Below are positions 53,473-63,430 of a stretch of DNA of 64,000 nt, in pieces. Numbering within the stretch: position 1 is the first letter of the stretch; each line of letters opens with the position of its first letter. The DNA lies in the NCBI GenBank assembly GCA_963843575.1, contig CAWJKZ010000014.1, positions 32,001 to 96,000 on the forward strand, given 5' to 3'. The position numbers and the translations under genes are program-made. This DNA comes from an uncultured Acidobacteriota bacterium (lineage in GTDB: Bacteria > Acidobacteriota > UBA6911). The notes below the pieces were generated by a model. That model was not told where the DNA came from. It did no database searches and saw nothing but the letters and a program-made list of their open reading frames with translations.

Positions 53473-53502
53473 AAGGCCGCACTTTATGGGGCGCGGCCTT
53501 TG
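53473..53502. terminator. Candidate bidirectional terminator hairpin
   Basis: AAGGCCGC..GCGGCCTT stem between convergent genes. Confidence 0.45.
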
Positions 53503-53525
53503 GTAACGTAGATACTGCAAGAAAC

Positions 53526-53870
53526 TTACATGCCGGAGCCTTTTTTCTTGGCAGGAGCGGCGGTTGCCGAGGATACCGTGATCGTGTCGCTGGTCAGCGT
53601 CCCGGCTACCTTCGCCTCTCTACCCGCCAGGCTGGAACTGATTTTATCCTGAGGATCCAACTGGTAAACCTTTCCGCCTGATACCAGGACGTACTTGCCA
53701 CCGCCCGAAACGCACTTCGCGACGCAGGCAGCCGCTTCGTCGCTTGCGGTCGCATGTTTGAGACCGCAGTTCGAATCGCTGATTACGCCGGTCCACGACT
53801 TATCTGCCCCCCATGCCAGGCAGGCAAACGCCAGGAGCGCGAGAACCGGGAACAATCCTTTTCTATTCAT
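53526..53870 (-). CDS. Small secreted Cys-containing protein (DUF5818-like)
   Basis: Signal peptide; GVISDSNCGLKH..CVAKCV..KYVLV..VYQL. Confidence 0.75.
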   Translation of the reverse strand: MNRKGLFPVLALLAFACLAWGADKSWTGVISDSNCGLKHATASDEAAACVAKCVSGGGKYVLVSGGKVYQLDPQDKISSSLAGREAKVAGTLTSDTITVSSATAAPAKKKGSGM

Positions 53871-54306
53871 CAACCTTCCTCCTTCTCGTCGTTGAATTTC
53901 GACTACTACTAAACATGCATCCCGGAGAATCACATGTCTAGTCGAGATTGAACACGTGTCTGGTCAAAACTGAGCGCCTCAGCGATCCCTGCCGACAGCT
54001 CCCTAATGATTAAAATTGTTACCCCTGCGGCTTCGCTCTAATGCCTTTTTGCGACACGCACTCACATCCCTGTTCGGCGGGCCAGCACCGGCAGCGCGGA
54101 CCAGGCTTGGCTGCACGTGGAGATCCTGGCTTTCCGGCCCAGGCTCGGAGTTCAGCAAGGAGGCAATCGAAGACTACCATTCCGGCGGTGCTTGGATGCG
54201 GGAGGACGTGGCTTCGTCGTGCTGAAGGCCGCCCGGACCGCCCGGCCAGGACGCATAACTCTAATGAGCGCCGGGGAAAATACCGATAAACCCACAGGGG
54301 CATATT

Positions 54307-54867
54307 ATGAAGCGCTTCGGATGTCTGCTGTTTGTGACGGCACTCCTGCACTCTGTGCCGTTGCCTGGCCAAACCACGAGCACGCTGGAGGTTGTCTCGT
54401 CTCCCTCCGGTGCGGAAGTCCTGCTCGACGGTGCTTCGACAGGGAAGCTGACGCCGGCGACGTTCCCGGTCTTTCCGGGTACGCACCAGCTGACTGTGCG
54501 GGCCATGGGACCCGGCTGGATACCCGCGGTGCGCAGCGTGGTCGTCGCGCAGGGGACAAACAGCGTGAGCGTGGTGCTCCGGCGCCAGGGCTCGGATCCG
54601 GCCGCTGCCCCGCTTGGCGTCGGCACTTCGCACGGAGCGCAGGCCCGCCTGCTGTCTCCCCCGGCGGCCATATCGGCGGGGGCCGCGGCCGCACTGGCCC
54701 ACAAGGGCGGAGCGGATGCGACGGGGTTTCCCCCTTCAGCCGGAAACCCGAAGGCTGCCGTCAGCAAGAACAACGCCCCAGAGCTCGATCCAGGTTCCCT
54801 GGCGGGCGCCGTCACGCTGCTGATCGGCGGTCTCATGATCCTGAGGGATCGCAGGCGCCGGAACTGA
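54307..54867 (+). CDS. PEGA-domain protein with VPEID/PEP-CTERM-like sorting tail
   Basis: VSSPSGAEVLLDG..TP..PGTHQL; tail APELDPGS + TM helix + RDRRRR. Confidence 0.8.
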   Translation: MKRFGCLLFVTALLHSVPLPGQTTSTLEVVSSPSGAEVLLDGASTGKLTPATFPVFPGTHQLTVRAMGPGWIPAVRSVVVAQGTNSVSVVLRRQGSDPAAAPLGVGTSHGAQARLLSPPAAISAGAAAALAHKGGADATGFPPSAGNPKAAVSKNNAPELDPGSLAGAVTLLIGGLMILRDRRRRN

Positions 54868-55330
54868 TCAGCGCGCAGATTGCGCCTCGTCGGCGAACGA
54901 TTTCGCCACCGTGTCCCACAGGCCAACCGAAGTGATGCCCCCGGCAGAAAAAATGACGATCACCTCGACCCCGGTGCGCCGGACTCTTTCAAGGGTTCGG
55001 GTCAATTTCCCGGGAGGGTAATAGCCCGCTGGAACCGCCGCCAGAAACGCCTGTAACTTCTTCTGCACCTCCCCGGGATCTCCAGGCGTGCGCAGGATCG
55101 TCTGCAAGGCAAGTTGCAGTTCGGGTGCGGACTGTGTGAGGTGCGCGGCGACCTTGTCGTATTCCCTCTGCAGTTCGGCGGCGGAGCCTCCAGCACCCAG
55201 CAATTGACGCATCCGGGTGAGCGGTTCCCGTGCCTCGTCGTAGAGGTAAGACGTCGCAATCCCGATCCACAAGTGTTTGCGATGCGGTGCCGGGGGCTGC
55301 CGTTCAGAATGCGCCAACTTCTGCCCGCTT
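54868..55330 (-). pseudogene. Probable C-terminal gene fragment of unknown function
   Basis: Protein-like tail of the 849-aa ORF (LWIGIATSYLYDEAREP..GITSVGLWD); no clear start or RBS. Confidence 0.35.
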
Positions 55331-55539
55331 CTCAACCAGGAAATCCTCCGGGGAGCGCGATGCACATTGCGAGCCTCGGGGTGGATTGTGCTCCAGGCCT
55401 CCGCACTCGAATGACCTCGAGACCGGGCCGGCGCCCGGCTCGGGGCGGAGCTCCCCGGATGAGTGACGTACGGGGCTCGTTCCATAGTTGCTGCAATTCC
55501 GGCGAGATTCTGTAGAATCGAGCTGCGAGGTACACGGCG

Positions 55540-57273
55540 ATGAGACTGCGACAGCTTGGCATCCTTGTCTTGGTTATGGGTTTGAGCGCCTGCGGCAGCA
55601 AGCCGGCACCGGATGTGGTGGTCTACAACGGCAAGGTCCTGACGGTGGACGGAAATTTCCGGATTGCTGAAGCTATGGCAATCAAAGGGGACCGGATCCT
55701 GGCGGTGGGAACGACGGCCGACATCACGAGCATGTCGAGCCCGGCGACCCAGCGGCTCGATCTCAAGGGCCAGACCGTGCTGCCGGGCCTGATCGATTCG
55801 CACTCCCACGCCGCCGCTGCGGCGCTGTACGAATTCGATCACACGGTCCCGGACATGGAAACCATCGACGACGTGTTGCGTTACGTGAAGGCCCGTGCCG
55901 ATGCGCTCAAGGAAGGAGAATGGGTCTCGCTCTCGCAGGTGTTCATCACGCGCCTGCGCGACCAGCGCTACCCGACGCGGGAGGAACTCGACCGCGCCGC
56001 GCCAAAGAACCCGGTGGCGTTTAGGACCGGCCCGGACGCTTCGCTGAACACGCTGGCCCTCAGACTGTGCGGCATCGACCGGAATTTCAAGCCGGCCGGC
56101 GGCGATCTGTGCCGCGTCGAGCGCGACCCGCGCAGCGGCGAACCCACGGGGATTCTGCGCAGCTGCGCCAGCTATCTGAAATACAAGACGAGCGAGAAGG
56201 TCCCGACGGCCGATGACCGGCGCAATCGGCTGAAGCTGCTCCTCGCGGACTACAACTCGGTCGGCATCACCGGAATCGTGGAAGGGGACGCCGAGGACGA
56301 GGAGGTCGAGATCTACCGGGAGCTGAGGGACCGGGGAGAGTTGACGTGCCGCACCTTCCTCGCCCTGCACGTGGATGCGCAACAGCCGGTGGAGAAGGTC
56401 GAGGCGCGCATCCGGCAGGCCGCCGCCAGCCCGCTCCACAAACGCGACGCCATGCTGTGGTTGCGCGGCATCAAGGCTTACCTCGACGGCGGAATGCTCA
56501 CCGGCAGCGCATACATGCAGCAGCCGTGGGGTGTCAGCAAGGTATACGCCATCGACGACCCCGCGTACCGGGGCATGCGCTTTATCGATCCCGAGCGGCT
56601 CTACCGGATTGCCCGCGCTGCGCTCGAAAACGATTTCCAGTTCACCGCGCACTCGGTCGGCGACGGGGCCGTGGCGGCGCTGGTCGAAGCCTATGAGCGG
56701 ATCAACCGCGACCTGCCCGTGCGGGACCGGCGGCCCAACATCACGCACGCCAACTTCATCGCCCCGGAGACGGTTCAGAAAATGAAGGCTCTCGGGATCG
56801 TCGCCAACATGCAACCGGTCTGGCTCTACATGGACGGCGCCACCCTGCTCAAGCACTTCGGTACCGACCGGCTGGCGATCTTCCAACCGTATCGCTCGCT
56901 GTTCGAGAACGGCGTGATCGTCGGCGGAGGGTCGGACCACATGCAGAAGATCGGCAGTTTCCGGTCCATAAACCCGTATAACCCGTTTCTCGGGATCTGG
57001 ACGGCGGTGAGCCGCAAGCCGCGCTGGATGGAGGGGCCGCTCCACCCCGAGCAGGCGATCTCCCGCGAGCAGGCCCTCAGGCTGTACACTGCCAACAACG
57101 CCTGGCTCACCTTCGAGGAGAAGGAGAAGGGATCGCTGGAACCCGGGAAACTGGCCGACTTCATCGTCATCGACCGGGATATACTGACGTGCCCTGAAGA
57201 CGAAATCAGGGGGATCGAAGTGCAGCGCACCTATTTGGGGGGGAAGCCCGTCTACACCCGGGCTGGACTCTAG
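55540..57273 (+). CDS. Amidohydrolase 3 (YtcJ-like) lipoprotein
   Basis: Lipobox LSAC, PGLIDSHSH, KAYLDGG, HSVGD, GGSDH, GSLEPGKLADF. Confidence 0.92.
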   Translation: MRLRQLGILVLVMGLSACGSKPAPDVVVYNGKVLTVDGNFRIAEAMAIKGDRILAVGTTADITSMSSPATQRLDLKGQTVLPGLIDSHSHAAAAALYEFDHTVPDMETIDDVLRYVKARADALKEGEWVSLSQVFITRLRDQRYPTREELDRAAPKNPVAFRTGPDASLNTLALRLCGIDRNFKPAGGDLCRVERDPRSGEPTGILRSCASYLKYKTSEKVPTADDRRNRLKLLLADYNSVGITGIVEGDAEDEEVEIYRELRDRGELTCRTFLALHVDAQQPVEKVEARIRQAAASPLHKRDAMLWLRGIKAYLDGGMLTGSAYMQQPWGVSKVYAIDDPAYRGMRFIDPERLYRIARAALENDFQFTAHSVGDGAVAALVEAYERINRDLPVRDRRPNITHANFIAPETVQKMKALGIVANMQPVWLYMDGATLLKHFGTDRLAIFQPYRSLFENGVIVGGGSDHMQKIGSFRSINPYNPFLGIWTAVSRKPRWMEGPLHPEQAISREQALRLYTANNAWLTFEEKEKGSLEPGKLADFIVIDRDILTCPEDEIRGIEVQRTYLGGKPVYTRAGL

Positions 57274-57411
57274 GAGCGTACGGCCTCGCGTTCGGAGCGG
57301 TTCGCCGACCGTCCCGTCCCTGGTCGCGGCGACCAGGGTCACGGATGAAACAACGGCGGCTGGTTTGCTTCTAATAGACAAAGGAAGGGGACAAAGGAAG
57401 GGGAGGAGAGA

Positions 57412-57789
57412 ATGCAAATGAGACGGATGCGTTTCGCGGCCAGCACGTGCCTGGCCCTGGCGGCCCTATTCCTCGCCGGCTGCGAGCAGAAAACGATCAA
57501 TGAGATCAAGGCCCAGCCGGACCGCTATGCTAATCGCGACGTGGGGATCCGAGGCGAAGTCACCGAAAGTTTCTCGATCCTGGGCCGGGGCGCCTACCAG
57601 GTCGACGACGGCACCGGGAAACTCTGGGTGATTTCCGAGAAGGGTGTGCCGCGCAAGGGGTCCCACGTGGCCGTGAAAGGTCGTATCCGAGACGGGTTCG
57701 ACCTCGGCTCGTTCATCAAGCTGCCCGAGAAGATCAGTTCGGGGATGGTGCTGGTGGAGGAGTCCCACAAGGCGAAATACCCCCGCTAG
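57412..57789 (+). CDS. OB-fold lipoprotein
   Basis: Lipobox LAGC; YQVDDGTGKLWV. Confidence 0.8.
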   Translation: MQMRRMRFAASTCLALAALFLAGCEQKTINEIKAQPDRYANRDVGIRGEVTESFSILGRGAYQVDDGTGKLWVISEKGVPRKGSHVAVKGRIRDGFDLGSFIKLPEKISSGMVLVEESHKAKYPR

Positions 57790-57813
57790 CGAACGCGGGG
57801 GCCAACAAGATAC

Positions 57814-57910
57814 GGTCCGGGCTTCAGCCCGGACGCTGTTTGCGGTCGCTATGCAGGGCAGGTGGAACTCTATGGAACGGATTTAAAGACGTCCGGGCTG
57901 AACCCGGACC
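57814..57910. repeat. Inverted pair of REP-like palindromes (GTCCGGGCTTCAGCCCGGAC)
   Basis: 57814-57835 and 57890-57910 are reverse complements except for a 1-nt gap; they lie between convergent genes. Confidence 0.8.
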
Positions 57911-57999
57911 CACTTGCTTTGCGGGCAGGGCGGGCAGATAAACCGTTGGACAGCCTCTTCAGCGCGGACCCACGTGCTCGCTCTCCCAAACTTCAACCG

Positions 58000-59145
58000 T
58001 CACTGGTCGGCGGTGGGTCTTTCCGGGGCCTGAATCACCTTTTCGTAGAAGCGCTCGTATTGCGGGATGATCTTGGATGCGCAGAAGCGCGCCTTGGCCC
58101 GCTGCCGCGCCTTCTTTCCCATCTCGCGGCGGAGCGTCGCGTCCCCGACGATCTGGACCGCGCGTCTTGCCATTTCGTCGACATGGTAGGGTTCGACCAG
58201 GAAGCCCACCTCGCCGTTGTCCACAACCTCCGGCAGCCCGCCTACCCTGGAAACAACCACGGGCACCTCGCAAGCCATCGCCTCGAGGGCGACGAGCCCG
58301 AATGACTCGTTGTCGCTCGGCAACAGCAGCAGGTCCGCGCAGCCAATGAGCTCCTCGATGTTGTCGCGCTTGCCCAGGAAGTGGACTTTCTTCTCGATCC
58401 CGTAGCGACGCGCCAGGTACTCGGCGTTGCCACGCTCCGGTCCGTCTCCCACCATGAGCAAGGTCGACGGAACGATGCGCTGCACCCTCTCGAAGATCTC
58501 GACCACGTCCGTCGGCCGTTTGACGGGGCGGAAGTTGGAAAGGTGGATAAGGACGCTCTCGCCGGGAGCGGCGAACCGGTCGCGGATTTCGGTGTTTTCG
58601 GGGGGCTTGTAGATGTCGCAGTTCACGAAGTTGTAGATGACCTCGATTTCGTTTTTGACGCCGAAGGTCTTGTAGGTGGCGTCCCTCAGGTAGCTGGAGA
58701 CCGCGGTGACGCCGTCGGACTGCTCGATCGAGAAGCGGGTGATCGGCAGGTAGGAGCGATCGGCGCCGACCAGGGTGATGTCGGTGCCGTGCAGTGTCGT
58801 GACGACCGGGAGCCGGCGGGGCCTCATCATGGACTTGGCCAGATAGGCGCTCACGGAGTGCGGGATCGCGTAGTGGCAGTGCAGGAGGTCGAGGCCTTCA
58901 AGCTCAGCCACCTCCGCCATCTTGGTCGCGAGGGCGAGCGTGTACGGCGGGTGGTCGAACAGGGGGTAGGTCGTCACCTCGACTTCGTGGAAGTAGATAT
59001 TGGGGTGCGACCTGTCGAGCCGCATGGGCGGAGCGTAGCTGATGAAGTGGACCTCGTGTCCTCGCTGGGCTAGTTCTTTGCCCAGCTCGGTTGCGACGAT
59101 GCCACTGCCGCCGTAGGTTGGGTAACACGTGATGCCGATTTTCAA
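58000..59145 (-). CDS. bshA: N-acetyl-alpha-D-glucosaminyl L-malate synthase
   Basis: MKIGITCYPTYGGSG, HYAIPH, TTLHGTDIT, SNFRPVKR, ESFGL. Confidence 0.95.
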   Translation of the reverse strand: MKIGITCYPTYGGSGIVATELGKELAQRGHEVHFISYAPPMRLDRSHPNIYFHEVEVTTYPLFDHPPYTLALATKMAEVAELEGLDLLHCHYAIPHSVSAYLAKSMMRPRRLPVVTTLHGTDITLVGADRSYLPITRFSIEQSDGVTAVSSYLRDATYKTFGVKNEIEVIYNFVNCDIYKPPENTEIRDRFAAPGESVLIHLSNFRPVKRPTDVVEIFERVQRIVPSTLLMVGDGPERGNAEYLARRYGIEKKVHFLGKRDNIEELIGCADLLLLPSDNESFGLVALEAMACEVPVVVSRVGGLPEVVDNGEVGFLVEPYHVDEMARRAVQIVGDATLRREMGKKARQRAKARFCASKIIPQYERFYEKVIQAPERPTADQ

Positions 59146-59184
59146 GTGTCCTCCGTGACAGAAAGGTGGAAGCCTGAGCTGGAA

Positions 59185-62100
59185 TCAGTCGAACGCCGAA
59201 GCGACGAGGGCGGCCTGCTGTTTCCGGTGCGCCAGGAGAGACCCGGTGGCGGGGCTGGCGCTTTCGGGACGGCCGGCGTAGCGCACCTCCCGCGCGAAAG
59301 GGAGAGTCCGGGCGATCCGGTGACGCATGAATTCCCAGGCGCCCATGTTCTGCGGTTCCTCCTGCACCCAGCAGACGGTCTGAGCCCGCGTGTACGACCC
59401 GAGGGCCTGCGCCAGATTCCACTCCGGGTACGGGTACAGCTGTTCAACGCGCAGGATCGCGACGTCGGCGGCGCCGCGTCGCGTGCGCTCGGCTGCGAGG
59501 TCGTAATAGACCTTGCCCGAGCAAAGCAGGATGCGTCGGACCGCTTCCCGTTCCGCGACGGCCGGGTCGTCCATGACCGGGTGGAACAGGCCTACCGAGA
59601 AATCGGCTGCACGCGACACGTTGGACGGGTGCCGCAGCAGGCTCTTGGGTGTGAGCACGACCAGGGGGATGCGCTTGGCGTCGCGCATCTGCCGCCGCAG
59701 CAGATGGAAATACTGCGCGGGGGTGGTTGGGAGACAGACGCGCATGTTGTCTTCCGCGCAGAGCGACAGGAAGCGTTCCAGCCGCGCGCTCGAGTGCTCG
59801 GGCCCCTGCCCCTCGAAACCGTGCGGAAGCAGCATCACGAGGTCGCAGGGCTGCCGCCACTTGGATTCCGAACTCGAGATGAAGTTGTCGATGATCACTT
59901 GGGCGCCGTTGGCGAAGTCGCCGAACTGGGCTTCCCAAGCCACGAGGGTAAGCGGGTCGGCGACGCTGTAGCCGAATTCGAAGCCGAGCACGGCAGCCTC
60001 GGACAGCGCGCTGTCGAACACCTCGAAATGGGCCTGGTCGGGATGGACGTGCTGCAGTGGGGTGTACTGCGTGCCCGTGTCGAGGTCGCTCAGCACGAGG
60101 TGGCGCTGGCTGAAGGTGCCGCGGGCGCTAGTCCTGTCCGCTGATGCGCACGGGTGTGCCTTCGTAGACCAGCGTGCCGAAGGCGAGGGCTTCCGCGTAT
60201 GCCCAGTCGATGTCGGGATCGCCGTCGACAAGCTCCCGGCGCCGGGCGAAGAAGTTCCTGAGCTTCGGGTGCAACCGGAACGCGTCGGGGAGTTGCGTCA
60301 GGCCGTGGGCTACCTCGCGCAGTTCCTCCGGCGGCACGGCTGTGCCGCCCGTGGGCTGGAACTCGCGCAACTCTTCCTCGGATACGGCGAGCGGGATGTC
60401 GGGTTCGAAATGCTGGTCACCTACCCGGCTCGCCTCGTAGGCCTCCTCGAGTTGCCGCTGGGTTTCGGCCATGCTGCGGTCGATCTCGGCCTGGTCGACG
60501 ATCCCTTCGCGTGCGAGCTTCTCCGAGTAGAGGGCGAGGACCGAGGGACGCTCGGCGATCTGGCGGTAGAGCAGCGGTTGTGTGTAGCTCGGTTCGTCGC
60601 CTTCGTTGTGGCCGTGGCGCCGGTAGCAGAAGATGTCCACGACCACGTCTTTGCCGAACTGCTGGCGGTAGGCGTAGGCGAGGGACGCGACCCGGATCGC
60701 GGAGTCCGGGTCGTCCCCGTTGACGTGGAATATCGGCGCCTGCACGGAGCGCGCTAGGTCTGTGGCGTAGGGCGAGGAGCGGGCTTCTTCCGGTGTGGTG
60801 GTAAAGCCGATCTGGTTGTTGACGATGACGTGGATGGTCCCCCCGGTGCGATAGCCGTGCAGCTGGGAGAGGTTGATGGTCTCCCACACCACTCCCTGCC
60901 CGGCGAACGCGGCGTCGCCGTGCACGAGCACCGGGATGACTTTCCTCCGGGTCGTGTCGCCACGCCGTTCCTGCTTGGCCCGGATTACCCCTTCTACGAC
61001 GGGGTTGACCCACTCGAGGTGGCTGGGGTTGGGGACCACCGACACCTGGATGTCGTTGCCCTCCAATGAACGGAACGTGCCGGCCGAGCCGAGGTGGTAC
61101 TTGACGTCGCCCGAGCCCTGGGTGACGAGGGGGTCGGTGTTCTCCTCGAACTCGGAGAGAATTTTAGGCAGCGGTTTCCGGATGATGTTGGCCAGCACGT
61201 TCAGCCTGCCGCGGTGCGCCATGCCGATGACCGCCTCCTGCACGCGATCGTTGGCGGCTTCCGCCAGGATCCTGGCGAGCACCGGGATGGTGGTCTCGGC
61301 CCCTTCCAACCCGAAGCGCTTGTGCCCGACGAAGCGCGTGTGGAGGTAACGCTCGAATCCCTCCGCGTCGATCAGGCGGGACAGCGTCTGACGCCTGATC
61401 TCGGGACCGAGCGGGGCGGTTGCCTCGGCCGGCTCGATGCGATCCTGGATCCAGGTTTTTTCTCCAGGGTCCTGGATGTGGCGGTATTCGATCCCGATCT
61501 TCTGGCAGTAGGCCCGGCGCAGTATGGCGAGGATTTCCCGCAGGGTCCCGCGCTCGAGGCCGCCGAGCCCGCCCGTCACGAACTCGCGGTCGAGGTCCCA
61601 TATGGTCAGCCCGTATGTCGCCGGATCGAGCTCGGAATGGTACAGGGCATTGGTGCCCAGGGGATCGAGGTGCGCGATCAGGTGGCCCCTGACGCGGTAA
61701 AGGTTGATGAGCTTGAGGACGCCGACCTGCTTGTCGAGATCTTCACGGCCGAGGACGCCTCCCAAGATGGCGGGGCTGTGGTCGAGGGCCCATTTGACCG
61801 GAACGTCGGGCAGCTGCAGGTCCTCGAAAATCTCCTCGTAAAAGCGGTCGTTGCCGAGCAACAGGTCGTGCACCCTGCCGAGGTACTGCCCCGATTCTGC
61901 CCCCTGGATGATCCGGTGGTCGTAAGTGCAGCTGATGGTCATCACCTTGCTCAGCCCGAGGCCCGACAGGGCGCGGGGCGACCAGGCATGGTATTCGGCA
62001 GGATAGCCGATGTTGCCGGTGGCGACGATGGCGCCCTGGCCTTTCATCAGCCTGGGCAGAGAGGATATCGTGCCGACGGTTCCAGGATTGGTCAGGGTGA

Positions 62101-62671
62101 TTGTCGTCCCCTGGAAATCCGACGGATCGATGGAGCCTTTCCGGGTGCGCGCGATGGTGTCGTCGTAGGCCCGGACGAACTCGTGGAACGTCATGTTGCC
62201 GGCGTGTTTGATGTTGGGCACGAGCAGGGTGCGGCTACCGTCCTTCCGCTCGACGTCGACCGCGATACCGACGTTGATCGTGCGCCGCACGCGGCGCTTG
62301 GGCTCGCCCTCGACGAGCTCGTAACACGAGTTCAGGACGGGGAAGTCCCGCAGCGAGCGGAGGAGCGCCCATGTGATGACGTGGGTGAACGAGATCTTCC
62401 CCCGGTTGTCCGGCTCCATGTAACTGTTGATGATCCGGCGGTTTTCCTCCAGGAGCTTCACCGGGATGGTGCGGTACGAGGAAGCGGTCGGGGTTGCCAG
62501 GCTCGCTTCCATGTTCTGGGCGACCCTGAGGCTCCCGCCGCGTATCGGGACGAGTTCCTCGTCTGGGGGGATGGGGACTGCAGGGTCAGCCGGGCGATCG
62601 ACCTCTTCCTGCAGACGTCCCGTTTGAGAAGAAGCGTCTTCGTTGGGCATCGGGTTTCTCGTATCAGGCAA
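59185..62671 (-). CDS. kgd: Multifunctional 2-oxoglutarate decarboxylase/dehydrogenase (E2-E1 fusion, Kgd/OdhA type), frameshifted near 60130
   Basis: E2 motif TYDHRIIQGA; E1 motifs GMAHRGRLN, HGDAAFAGQG, GHNEGDEP, WEAQFGDFAN, GPEHSSAR. Confidence 0.92.
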
Positions 62672-62858
62672 TTCTCTTCAGAATGCGCGCGGGCAGGGTG
62701 ACCACGGCCCAGACAAGTTCGAGGACGCCCCCCACGGCGATCCCCACGATCCTGAAGGGGAGCAGGACGAGCCAGACGAGCGGGTAGAGCACGAGGGCGA
62801 GGATCGCCAGCGGCCAGCACAGGATGAGCAGGATGCACCAAAGTAGGAACTTAACCAT
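62664..62858 (-). CDS. Small hydrophobic membrane protein
   Basis: 64 aa, LLWCILLILCWPLAILALVLYP; overlaps the kgd start. Confidence 0.7.
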   Translation of the reverse strand: MVKFLLWCILLILCWPLAILALVLYPLVWLVLLPFRIVGIAVGGVLELVWAVVTLPARILKRIA

Positions 62859-62922
62859 GAATCACACTCGCCGCCGCCTTCCGTCGAGGCGGCGGGCGTC
62901 CTCGATGACCGCCGCCGGTTGC

Positions 62923-63315
62923 TCATTCTTCGCGGGGCGATTTCTCCGTCTGTTCGGTTCCGGGCTCTTCATCCTGTTGCTCGTCGCCGGCAAAAAAGGC
63001 GTCGTAGAGTTCGCGTGCGCGCTCGACGTCCCGCTGCTCGACCAGCAGGGTGGTGGGTGCCGCCATGCTGGTCGCCCCGATAGGGTCGGATTCCCCGCGA
63101 ACAACCGTGTGGATGCCGTTGGATTCCAGCAGTTCGCGGATCATGTCGGCCTCGGCGACCACCGGGAAACTGGCCAGTTCAGCCAGGGCCTCGGAATCCG
63201 CTTCAACCTCCGTCCCGTGCCGCTCGGGCAGGGCATCGACCAGTGCGACATCGCAGTCGGAACAGCGGCCGACGCCATCGCGGTATTCGGCCTCGCAGCT
63301 CGGGCAATAGGGCAT
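62923..63315 (-). CDS. DUF2007 (putative signal-transducing) protein with N-terminal zinc ribbon
   Basis: CPSC..CSDC; EADMIRELLESNGI. Confidence 0.8.
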   Translation of the reverse strand: MPYCPSCEAEYRDGVGRCSDCDVALVDALPERHGTEVEADSEALAELASFPVVAEADMIRELLESNGIHTVVRGESDPIGATSMAAPTTLLVEQRDVERARELYDAFFAGDEQQDEEPGTEQTEKSPREE

Positions 63316-63430
63316 GTCCCCCTCCGTCCTGTCCACCGCCATTTCATTTCAATTTTTACCACATCCGGCGGGGAAATGGGTGATATTGCATCGGCAGGCA
63401 GGGGAGGAGAGATGAAGGAGTTCCCTGAGG

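Noticed and set aside
57377-57402. 13-bp tandem duplication GACAAAGGAAGGG
   Set aside because: Only two copies beside an RBS; likely slippage with no further structure.
54868-57417. 849-aa ORF and other long antisense ORFs (e.g. 28485-30845, 24779-26494)
   Set aside because: Shadow ORFs typical of high-GC DNA, lying opposite well-supported genes.
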